NCBI GenBank assembly: GCA_050250255.1
Contig: JBFWOZ010000004.1
Location: 1 to 64,000, forward strand
Direction of reading: 5' to 3'
DNA length: 64,000 nucleotides
From: Bdellovibrionales bacterium
Lineage (GTDB): Bacteria > Bdellovibrionota > Bdellovibrionia > Bdellovibrionales > DASUEL01
Positions within the stretch are counted from its first letter, which is position 1. Each line of letters begins with the position of its first letter. The position numbers and the translations under genes were made by a program. Positions 30,774 through 39,322 of the stretch are shown one piece after another. The notes under the pieces were generated by a model. The model did no database searches. It saw only the letters and a program-made list of their open reading frames with translations, and was not told the DNA's origin.

Positions 30774-31136
30774 ATGAAAGTATTTGTTTTTACTTTATTT
30801 GCTGTGTTCATGACAGCTCAGGCTCAGGCAACCACTTTAGTATGCAGCTCCAATCAACCTACAACTATTCTCGCGGCTAAAGTTGCTTCAGGCCAGACCG
30901 TAAAAGTTCGCGGAGTACAAAGACCAGCTGCTGGTTATCGATGGCGTTCTGCAGAAGGCTTACCGTCACGAGTCGTCTCCGGCTCTTCACGACGTGTAGG
31001 CGGATCTTTCACATTGGAATTTACCATCAATACACACACTCAAAGCAGTCGTTCTAAAAAGTATTCGTTTATCTACGGACGAGGTTTTTCAGGTGAAGTG
31101 GCTTCTCGATGCTTCGTCACTATCGTTGCTGAATAG
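30774..31136 (+). CDS. Secreted chagasin/I42-like protein
   Basis: Signal peptide; RPAAGYRW, VGG and YGR align with ICP loop motifs. Confidence 0.5.
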   Translation: MKVFVFTLFAVFMTAQAQATTLVCSSNQPTTILAAKVASGQTVKVRGVQRPAAGYRWRSAEGLPSRVVSGSSRRVGGSFTLEFTINTHTQSSRSKKYSFIYGRGFSGEVASRCFVTIVAE

Positions 31137-31232
31137 ATTTTAATAAAATCTAGATTAAGAGATCAGGTTTTAGGATTCCTTCTCCTAAGAACTCTTATAT
31201 TTTATTTAATGGGCTTTACCAGGTCCGAAAAA

Positions 31233-31248
31233 CGGCGAAGCTCTTGCT
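31233..31248 (+). promoter_or_regulatory. sigma54-type promoter
   Basis: CGGCGAAGCTCTTGCT (GG-N10-GC) upstream of RBS GGAGG and ATG 31274. Confidence 0.6.
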
Positions 31249-31273
31249 AAGTCTCCTCCCACGGAGGAACTTT

Positions 31274-32725
31274 ATGAAAACCCAAACTTTAACTTTTTGC
31301 TTATTAATAACCCTTTTTCTCGGCTGCCAAAAAAAGTCCATCCTTTCAGGGGACGGAGGCGGTGAAGACACTCAAGTCACCGCCGATCAATGGCAAGGCG
31401 CTCGCCTTATGGTGAAATCTGGCGACTCAGCAACTCTTACCCCCGTTGTTCGTAATAAAACAATGGAAGTCAGTAGCATGGACCTTCTGACCTTTGAAAA
31501 AGAAGGTGAGGATTATCAATCGTTTTTAAAAACCATCTCTAAGTTTCAAATGGAAACCACTTGTATTGAGCAAAATGGCCAAGCACTCTCTTCAGAAGTT
31601 TATCAAAGCACACTGACCTTGAAAAAATTTTCCGAGATTGAAATCCTCAGTCTTTTACCTCGCCAAAACCAAATCGAAGCACAGTCAAAGCTCAAATGTA
31701 ACTTCACCCTTTTTATTCAAAACGCGATCGGTTCTGTTATTGGTTGGTCTGCTTTCGAGATGATCATTTCAACGGATTCTACAAAAAACACATTAGTCAT
31801 CCAAGATTCCGAACAACAAGTTCTCAAACCTCAGACCCTTATTACCGTATCTGACCTTGAAAGAGCCCGATTGTCTCTAGAGGAAGTACAAAAGCAAACC
31901 GTCGAGCTTGCATGCACTCATTATAAAAAGTCTTTTTCAATGGATGAACTCAAAAGAAAAAATATATTAATCGAACAAGGCGAGGATCTCCGTCGACAAT
32001 ATCCTATCCAAGACTGTGTCTTTGTTTACCAAAATCTCGAAGAAGGACGGGTCTTGGTCACTCCCCCCTATTTGGTTGATTTTGAAGTGCGCCCACAAAT
32101 AGATGTCCGCTTCGAAAGACACTCACCCACAATGGATGTAAGCACACGTATGCAACCACATCCCTATTTCACGATACAAATCACAAATAAAGAAAGCTTT
32201 CCCGTCCTCGTTGGGTATAGCAATGACCCAACGGAATATCGAGTCCAAGCCGAATTTCTATTTGTCACCGATGGAAACTCCTCCATTGGCTATGGTAATA
32301 AAAAATACCTTTTTACAGACAATACGGAATGGGCCTTCCAGATTCACAACTCTACAATTAGTAAATTTGATACCAGAGGTTCTGATCATGCCATTTCTCT
32401 CCCTGCGGGCCAAACCATGACGATTTCCACCACGACGAAACCTGTACGCACCCCTTGCACCGGCTATGATCTTAAAGAGACGGAGCTTCACTCTCAACAT
32501 GTCGCAAAGCTTGCTGGCATCGCACTCCAAAGATCCGCTCCAGCACCTTTCTTTTTACTGTCACCGATTTATAGCAATACCGGCGGAACTTATATCCGGG
32601 CCAAAACTCTCGGAGAGTCTCAATCAAAAATACTTATGCAGTCGCAAGTGATTGCATTGGATAAAACGGCATTAAACCAGTACGAAGGCACAATAAAAAG
32701 TGCGCACATCATGCGATGTTTTTAA
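31274..32725 (+). CDS. Hypothetical lipoprotein
   Basis: RBS GGAGG; lipobox LFLGC; beta-rich with paired Cys. Confidence 0.8.
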   Translation: MKTQTLTFCLLITLFLGCQKKSILSGDGGGEDTQVTADQWQGARLMVKSGDSATLTPVVRNKTMEVSSMDLLTFEKEGEDYQSFLKTISKFQMETTCIEQNGQALSSEVYQSTLTLKKFSEIEILSLLPRQNQIEAQSKLKCNFTLFIQNAIGSVIGWSAFEMIISTDSTKNTLVIQDSEQQVLKPQTLITVSDLERARLSLEEVQKQTVELACTHYKKSFSMDELKRKNILIEQGEDLRRQYPIQDCVFVYQNLEEGRVLVTPPYLVDFEVRPQIDVRFERHSPTMDVSTRMQPHPYFTIQITNKESFPVLVGYSNDPTEYRVQAEFLFVTDGNSSIGYGNKKYLFTDNTEWAFQIHNSTISKFDTRGSDHAISLPAGQTMTISTTTKPVRTPCTGYDLKETELHSQHVAKLAGIALQRSAPAPFFLLSPIYSNTGGTYIRAKTLGESQSKILMQSQVIALDKTALNQYEGTIKSAHIMRCF

Positions 32726-33468
32726 ATTTTTAGAAGTTTAAGGTAATGCGTAGGGCGGCCTTTTCGAGTCCACAGTTTTTCAAAGTGGGTTTGAAAGCTG
32801 TCCTTCGCTCTTTCGGTCGAATGGAAGTTGTCTGATTGGAAATCGACTTGATAAGGCGAATGTTTTAAACGTTCACACACCCAATCGTAATAACTTCGGC
32901 TATCTGTTTTAAATTCTAAAAAAGAACCTGGCCGCTGAAGCTCAAACAGTAAATTAAGAAATTCAATATCCACTAAGCGCTTTTTCAATTGTTTTTTCTT
33001 TTCCCAAGGATCTGGAAAAAAAATGTAAACATTGTTGAGCTCTTGAGGGTCAAAAAGGTCATCGAGAAATTTTGCGTCATAACGCATTAAACGAAACTTG
33101 TTTCGGTCATGCAAAAGACTTCTTTTGACCGTTTGGATGAGTTGTTTGTATTTGAGCTCAAGTCCCACACATAGACGATTCTTCATCGTTTTACGGTGAT
33201 TCTCAAAAAAGTAACCATTTCCTACGCCAATTTCTAAATCTAAGGGGGTTTCTTCAGAAGTCTTAAAGATCTCCTGACGCCAAATCCCCTGCTTTCCCGG
33301 AGCATCGATCATTTCATAAATCCAAGGCGCGTATTCTTCCTGAACCATCTTGGTATAAATATTCACGGAGTCATCTTGGTCAGGACGTACGTGGTGACCT
33401 GCTTTTTCAAGCCACTGATGAGAACGAACGGCAGTCTGAAGAGTAGAATTTGAAAGATTTTCGACCAC
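32722..33468 (-). CDS. trmB: tRNA (guanine-N7)-methyltransferase
   Basis: LEIGVGNG, FFPDPWEKK, FKTD, THFE. Confidence 0.92.
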   Translation of the reverse strand: MVENLSNSTLQTAVRSHQWLEKAGHHVRPDQDDSVNIYTKMVQEEYAPWIYEMIDAPGKQGIWRQEIFKTSEETPLDLEIGVGNGYFFENHRKTMKNRLCVGLELKYKQLIQTVKRSLLHDRNKFRLMRYDAKFLDDLFDPQELNNVYIFFPDPWEKKKQLKKRLVDIEFLNLLFELQRPGSFLEFKTDSRSYYDWVCERLKHSPYQVDFQSDNFHSTERAKDSFQTHFEKLWTRKGRPTHYLKLLKI

Positions 33469-33641
33469 AAGAAGGAACTAACATGGTGCACAAAAGAGCG
33501 TCAAGGGGATCTTTTTAAAAGCCTCTTCATTTTTAGAGAAATCCTCCGAAACATTATCTTCAAATTTTTTTTCTTACTTCGAATATGTACTCGTGGTATC
33601 AGCATTACACGCCTCAAAAAGGCGCAAAAAAAGGGGAAGAC

Positions 33642-34118
33642 ATGAAAACAAGCCTGAAAGAAAACTTGGAAAGAAACTTTAGAGAAAACGTTATTCCAGT
33701 TGTGCTACCCATCGTCTATCAAATCAAAGGTCGGTTAACAGAAAAATTGGACCAACGTTTTCCTAAAGAAAGCCGCGATCAAATGGTACAAAAAGCTGTC
33801 ATCAACTTTTTGTCAGCAAACGAAACTATTGAGAACACGGCAAAAGACGTTGCAGAACAATCTCGTGAGAGCGAAATTGTACAGAAGTATGTTCGTCCGT
33901 TTGTAAGCTCTGAAAAAACAGAGAAAGCTCTTCACACTCTTGAAACTCGCGTCTCTCGCGCAAGACCTCTTGTTGTAAAGCTACAGAATCTTCGTGACCA
34001 ATTTCTTGCCTCTACAGATGTTTCCCCAGTAACGGAATCTCCGATCATTATTGACCCAACTGGCGAAGAAACTCCTAAGAGAAAAAAATCACGATCAAAG
34101 TCTGAAGCAGCTGAGTAA
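33642..34118 (+). CDS. Hypothetical helical protein with basic tail
   Basis: ORF with RBS AAGGGG; no recognised motif. Confidence 0.7.
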   Translation: MKTSLKENLERNFRENVIPVVLPIVYQIKGRLTEKLDQRFPKESRDQMVQKAVINFLSANETIENTAKDVAEQSRESEIVQKYVRPFVSSEKTEKALHTLETRVSRARPLVVKLQNLRDQFLASTDVSPVTESPIIIDPTGEETPKRKKSRSKSEAAE

Positions 34119-34206
34119 AAACCGCGACTCCGCTCGCCATGAGTTGCCCCACTCTTAAAGAACTGATTTCATAGATCTTCGACACTTTCTCCGGAGGTCT
34201 TTTGTT

Positions 34207-35841
34207 ATGAAATTTCTAATTGCTTTACTCATTCTGATTTTTCCTCTTTTCAGCTTTGCGGTTCCCTTCGAAAGCCAAAAGTTTTCTATAGCAGCACCAA
34301 GTCCCTGGGCCGTAAAAGCCGCCGAAGCCACTTTTAAAAAAGGTGGAAATGTTGCAGATATGGCTGTGGCCGCGGCACTCACATTATCGGTCACATCTCC
34401 TTACTACGCGGCTCTTGGTGGTGGTGGATTTGCTCTCATCAAAATGAAAAATGAAGTGGAAGCTCTCGACTTTCGAGAAACCGCACCCGCAGCAACAAAT
34501 GCAAATTATTATAGCGAAAAAGAAAAAGGCGCTTCGGAAACGGGCGGCACCGCGGTCGGAGTCCCTGGGGTTCCTGCTGGCCTCGTCGCTATTCACAAAA
34601 AGTACGGCAAGTTAAAGTGGAATCAACTCTTTGGTACTGCCCTCTCACTCGCACAAAAAGGAATGCCACTTTCTGGAGAATGGATCCGTTACACTCGAGA
34701 AGAGGACAAGCGCTTTACGGCAGCCGCAAAAAGGTATTTTACAAAAACTCCTGAGGCTTATGCTCCGGGCGACGAATTCAAACAGACTGCACTTGCACGC
34801 GCTCTCACGATTTTAAGAGATCAAGGGGCCAAGGGTTTTTATGAAGGTCCTGTGGCTCAAGATCTTGTCGCCTCTGTCAAAAATGCGAAAGGTGAAATGA
34901 GTCTTGAGGATCTAAAAAAATATAGAGTTCGCTGGCTCAAACCACTGCAAATGAATTACTCCGGATACACCGTACACATGATGCCACCTCCAAGCAGCGG
35001 TGGAATCGTGATGATGTCAGCTTTGAAACTTTTTGAATTAGGAAAGCTCAACGAAATCACTCCTCAAAGTGGTGACGAGTATCATTTCATTGGTGAGATT
35101 CTCAAGCGGGCTTTCCGAGGGAGAACTCTCTTAGGCGATCCAGATTTTGCTAACAATCCTATTGCCCAGCTTACTTCCGAAACTTATTTGAAACAGCAGT
35201 TAAAAGAAATCTCTGCTTCGAAAGCGAAAGACGTAGAGCCTGTTGATCTCAACTCGTTTGATTCAACAGAGACCACTCACTTCTCTATTATGACTGCTAA
35301 CGGAGATGCGATCGCTTTCACTGTAACCCTCAATGGTGCCTACGGGTCGGGAGTGGTCAGTGAGCGTTTTGGAATTGCTCTCAATAATGAAATGGACGAC
35401 TTTACGACCAAACCTGGAGAACCTAATCAATTTGGTCTCATTCAAGGGGATGCCAACAAAGTAGAAGCCGGAAAACGCCCTTTAAGTTCCATGAGCCCGA
35501 CGATCGTGGAAAAAGATGGAAAGACGGAGCTTGTCTTAGGATCTCCCGGTGGTCCACGCATCATCAGCGCTGTCACTCAAGTGCTGTACCGCTTTCTCAT
35601 AACAAAAATGAATATCGACGCCGCCATCCAGGCGCCGCGAGTTCACCATCAAACTCTCCCAAATAAGCTTTTTATTGATCCGCTTCGTTTCCAACACGAA
35701 ACGAAAGAATTTTTGAAAAGAAAAGGACACGTGGTCGAAGAATCGCCGGTAGCTAAAGTTTATGGAGTTGCGAAACACCCTTCTGGATGGATGCAATCGG
35801 CTTTTGATTCGCGCGGAGAAGGTGCGGCTGGTGGACTCTAG
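34207..35841 (+). CDS. ggt: Gamma-glutamyltransferase
   Basis: Signal peptide, LDFRETAP, TTHFS nucleophile, NNEMDDF, PLSSMSP, GSPGG. Confidence 0.97.
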   Translation: MKFLIALLILIFPLFSFAVPFESQKFSIAAPSPWAVKAAEATFKKGGNVADMAVAAALTLSVTSPYYAALGGGGFALIKMKNEVEALDFRETAPAATNANYYSEKEKGASETGGTAVGVPGVPAGLVAIHKKYGKLKWNQLFGTALSLAQKGMPLSGEWIRYTREEDKRFTAAAKRYFTKTPEAYAPGDEFKQTALARALTILRDQGAKGFYEGPVAQDLVASVKNAKGEMSLEDLKKYRVRWLKPLQMNYSGYTVHMMPPPSSGGIVMMSALKLFELGKLNEITPQSGDEYHFIGEILKRAFRGRTLLGDPDFANNPIAQLTSETYLKQQLKEISASKAKDVEPVDLNSFDSTETTHFSIMTANGDAIAFTVTLNGAYGSGVVSERFGIALNNEMDDFTTKPGEPNQFGLIQGDANKVEAGKRPLSSMSPTIVEKDGKTELVLGSPGGPRIISAVTQVLYRFLITKMNIDAAIQAPRVHHQTLPNKLFIDPLRFQHETKEFLKRKGHVVEESPVAKVYGVAKHPSGWMQSAFDSRGEGAAGGL

Positions 35842-36601
35842 TACTCTGTACGAATGGGCGAGAACCTTTGCTTACATTGTTTTCGACCCCTTCTTACAAA
35901 TCTGTGTTCTCTTTTTTCTCTCGTTCGTAGTCGTCATCTTTGCTCCTAAAAAAAGATACCGAAGCCTCGGGCTGATATTTTCGACGCTTTATTTTTTAAT
36001 TCTTACTACTCCCTGGGTACCAAACCTTTTAATTCATTTACTCCAGTCGCAATATCCACCCTTGACTGATCAATCTTCTAAACAAGCCGTGGTAATTTTA
36101 AACGGGGGAATTTTGCTTTTTGACCAAACTAGTAAGCAGTTTTCCTGGGGGGGATCTTTCAGTCGTGCTGGTGAAGCTCTGCGAATAGTTAAAAAAGGCC
36201 AGGCTTATTATTTAATTATTTCTGGCGGTACTCCCTATGCACATGAAGGATTCGAAGAGGAGGGGGCATCTATCAAACGCCTCGCGAAAGAATGGGGAAT
36301 TACCGAGGACCGAATTTTATTAGAAAACGAATCCAAAACAACCGCTGAACACCCTATAAAACTCAAAAAGCTTTTTGAAAAATACGGAATCAAAAATTTC
36401 TACTTGGTGACCTCGGCAACCCATATGCTTCGAGCCATGTTGGTGTTTGAGTCGCAAGGCCTCACCCCCACTGCCTACCCCGTTGAATTTACGCCGACTC
36501 AAGAAAAATGGGGCTTTGGAATGCAGTACATTTCCAGAATGAAAACCGCCCTCCACGAAATCTTCGGCCTTCTAGGCTACTGGCACAGCGACAAAATTTA
36601 G
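35831..36601 (+). CDS. YdcF/ElyC (DUF218) family membrane protein
   Basis: ISGG, LENESKTT, LVTSATHMLRA, LHEIFG; start estimated at GTG 35831. Confidence 0.9.
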   Translation: MDSSTLYEWARTFAYIVFDPFLQICVLFFLSFVVVIFAPKKRYRSLGLIFSTLYFLILTTPWVPNLLIHLLQSQYPPLTDQSSKQAVVILNGGILLFDQTSKQFSWGGSFSRAGEALRIVKKGQAYYLIISGGTPYAHEGFEEEGASIKRLAKEWGITEDRILLENESKTTAEHPIKLKKLFEKYGIKNFYLVTSATHMLRAMLVFESQGLTPTAYPVEFTPTQEKWGFGMQYISRMKTALHEIFGLLGYWHSDKI

Positions 36602-36608
36602 GCTCAAT

Positions 36609-36718
36609 TAGGTGCCAGGTTCCGTTTCCGGGTCACGCTGAGTCATCGTTTATAAATCAAGAATATCCCTGCAAAGGTAAATGACTCGTCGTGACCCGGA
36701 AACGGAACCTGGCACCTA
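36609..36718. repeat. REPIN/MITE-like element with 29-bp perfect inverted arms
   Basis: TAGGTGCCAGGTTCCGTTTCCGGGTCACG (36609-36637) and its exact reverse complement (36690-36718). Confidence 0.85.
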
Positions 36719-37726
36719 GGGGCGGTATTCTTTTGGCTCGATTGGGGACTTGAGTTCTTCGAGGGTGAAGGGAATTTTTTCGGTAAATGGTCGCTCGCGA
36801 ACCGGGCACTCTTTTAAATCACAAACATCACAGTAAGCACGACGACAAGGATCTATGTGCAGATGCAATTCTCCAGGATTATCGTAATCTTCAAAAAATT
36901 TTTCTTCAAAAAAATGAGTGTGTTCATGAGAGGTCTTCACATCCCAAAACTCTGGAACCACCACGTGCGCATCAATATGGTGAAAGTTACCAGCGCGCAT
37001 AACTCTTAAATGATGAATTCGAATGATTCCTGGAAACCAATTTTTTGTAAAAGATTTGAGAATTCTTTTGAGAGTTTTATCATCCTCCGCATCCATTAAA
37101 CCCTGAGTGGATTTAATCAGAATTGTCACTCCCGAATATCCTAAGTAAGCTGCCGCTGCGAGAGCCATTACAGGATCGATCCAAAAATGATTGGTCCATT
37201 TGACTAAAAACAGAGCCCCTAAAACCGCAAGACTCGTCCAAAAATCTGACATGAGGTGTTTCCCGCTCGCCATCATTGCGAGCGAGTCCTCTCTTTTCCC
37301 TGAGCGGTAGAGATATAAACCTAAAGCAAAATTTAAGACGGCAGCGAAGAGAACAATTGTTTGGCCTAAATCAAAATTTTCCACTCGGTGTTCGCGGGTG
37401 AAAGACTGAAGAGCTTCAATGACAATCACCACAGAGGCGAAAGTAATGAGGCCACCTTCAAAAGCCGCAGAAAAAAATTCTACTTTTCCGTGACCATAGG
37501 GATGGTCCTCATCAGGTGGACGAGCCGCAATAATCATAGTGATAATGAGCGACACGGCGGTCATCACATTAATAATACTTTCTACCGCGTCTGAGAAAAC
37601 AGCTTGCGAACCTGTTAGATTATAAGCCCAAAATTTAAAGATAAGAATGAGTACGCCAAAGAGCAGGGTAATAACGGCGATTCTCTTACGAGAATTTTCA
37701 CTAGGCTCGTGGGAAATCCTATTCAT
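36716..37726 (-). CDS. Cation diffusion facilitator (FieF-like) with Cys-rich tail
   Basis: SDAVES, HPYGHGKVE, HLMSD; C-terminal CRRAYCDVCDLKEC. Confidence 0.93.
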   Translation of the reverse strand: MNRISHEPSENSRKRIAVITLLFGVLILIFKFWAYNLTGSQAVFSDAVESIINVMTAVSLIITMIIAARPPDEDHPYGHGKVEFFSAAFEGGLITFASVVIVIEALQSFTREHRVENFDLGQTIVLFAAVLNFALGLYLYRSGKREDSLAMMASGKHLMSDFWTSLAVLGALFLVKWTNHFWIDPVMALAAAAYLGYSGVTILIKSTQGLMDAEDDKTLKRILKSFTKNWFPGIIRIHHLRVMRAGNFHHIDAHVVVPEFWDVKTSHEHTHFFEEKFFEDYDNPGELHLHIDPCRRAYCDVCDLKECPVRERPFTEKIPFTLEELKSPIEPKEYRP

Positions 37727-37784
37727 AAGGCGATGTTGACATGAGCCTAGACAAAACTGGAGGAATAACGCATATTGCAAACTC

Positions 37785-38504
37785 ATGAAGAATCAGGTTA
37801 TTGCTTCGCTCAAATCAGCAGATTGCGGCTACTACGGCACCCCCGTCATCCGTAGCCTTAGTATCGATGTTGCTCCAGGGCAATTCATCGCTCTGGTTGG
37901 ACCTAATGGCTCTGGAAAAACCACCATCATGAAGAGCTTACTGGGTTTAATTCCTTTAATTCAGGGCGAAGCGTTTCTCTTTGGACAACCCGTTTCTCAA
38001 AACCAAGGTCAGCAGCCCGTGGCCTACATCCCGCAGAAACTTGCGCTCAACAAAAGTGTTCCGATGACTGTTGCCGAACTTTTAGCGCTTTCAGGAACTA
38101 ACGGCGATCCTGCTATTTTACAAAAAAATCTCAAGAGATTCGAAATTGAAACACTCATTGATCAATCGATTCATAGCCTTTCCGGTGGACAGCTTCAAAG
38201 GGCCCTCTTGGCCTTTGCTCTTTCCCATTCACCCCGCCTCATTTGTCTCGACGAAGCCTATGAAGGCATGGATTTAAAGTCGCAAAAAAATCTCTATGAT
38301 ATTTTAAAAGCAGCCGTGAAAGAAAATGGGACCACCGTGATACTTGTGTCTCACGATATCTCCGCGGTGACAGAACATACGGATCGAGCGATTTGCGTCT
38401 ACCAAAAGGTGCTCTTTGATGGTGATCCGCACTCCAGCGAATTTCATTCGTGTCTTCATGAAATCTATGGAGAAGAAAGTTTGATTCATGGACACAAGCA
38501 CTGA
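37785..38504 (+). CDS. znuC: Zn/Mn ABC transporter ATPase
   Basis: GPNGSGKT, YIPQ, LSGGQLQR, His-rich C-terminus. Confidence 0.85.
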   Translation: MKNQVIASLKSADCGYYGTPVIRSLSIDVAPGQFIALVGPNGSGKTTIMKSLLGLIPLIQGEAFLFGQPVSQNQGQQPVAYIPQKLALNKSVPMTVAELLALSGTNGDPAILQKNLKRFEIETLIDQSIHSLSGGQLQRALLAFALSHSPRLICLDEAYEGMDLKSQKNLYDILKAAVKENGTTVILVSHDISAVTEHTDRAICVYQKVLFDGDPHSSEFHSCLHEIYGEESLIHGHKH

Positions 38505-39306
38505 GCGTTTTGAACTCTTATTTTCTCAGTTCATGCTGATGCCCTTCATTGCGGCTCTGCTCGCGGGTTGGCTTTGTGGTTTGATTGGCCCTCTTTTTGT
38601 CTGGAGACGACTCGCAGTTTTTTCGAGCACGATTTCCCATGCCGCCCTGACTCCCATTGCCGTGGCTCAAGCGCTGCAAATGCCTCAATCCATTCTTCTT
38701 TTACCATTTAGCTCTCTTCTTTCGATACTTCTCGTAAAACTCGAAGAAAAAGGTAGTTTGGAACTTGATTCTATCCTCTCCATTTTTTTTGCGGGCTTCA
38801 TGGGACTTGGTATTTTGATTATGACTCTCACGGGATTAGGTTCTATCGACGCCGTTCACTTTTTGTTTGGAGACATTCTTCTCGTCACTCGTGAAGATGT
38901 GATGACCCTGGCGGTGATCACCTTAGTTACCTCCTCTTACGTTCTTTACTACCGTCGGGACATCCTCCTGCTTTCGCTTCATAAAGACATTGCGACTGTC
39001 TCCGGAGTTGCAACTCAGAAGCATATTTATATCCTCACCGTGCTCTGCGGTTTGACCGTCACGGTTCTCTTAAGCGTTATGGGGATCATACTCGCAACGA
39101 GTCTGCTCATCGTCCCTCCGCTCATCGCTGCTCGCTTGAGCCGCTCTCTAAAGTCTTATTCCCTCTGGTCTATAGGACTTGGAATTACACTCACTCTCTG
39201 CGGACTCATTATTTCTTTTATGATCGACGCTCCGAGCGGTCCTGCGATCTCGGTTTTAGGAATGATTCTTTACGGCTTCACTTTTTTATTGAAAAAGGCC
39301 CACTGA
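38488..39306 (+). CDS. znuB: Zn/Mn ABC transporter permease
   Basis: VWRRLA..ISHAAL, FLFGDIL, PSGPAI. Confidence 0.88.
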   Translation: MDTSTERFELLFSQFMLMPFIAALLAGWLCGLIGPLFVWRRLAVFSSTISHAALTPIAVAQALQMPQSILLLPFSSLLSILLVKLEEKGSLELDSILSIFFAGFMGLGILIMTLTGLGSIDAVHFLFGDILLVTREDVMTLAVITLVTSSYVLYYRRDILLLSLHKDIATVSGVATQKHIYILTVLCGLTVTVLLSVMGIILATSLLIVPPLIAARLSRSLKSYSLWSIGLGITLTLCGLIISFMIDAPSGPAISVLGMILYGFTFLLKKAH

Positions 39307-39322
39307 CCGATACAACCTAAGC

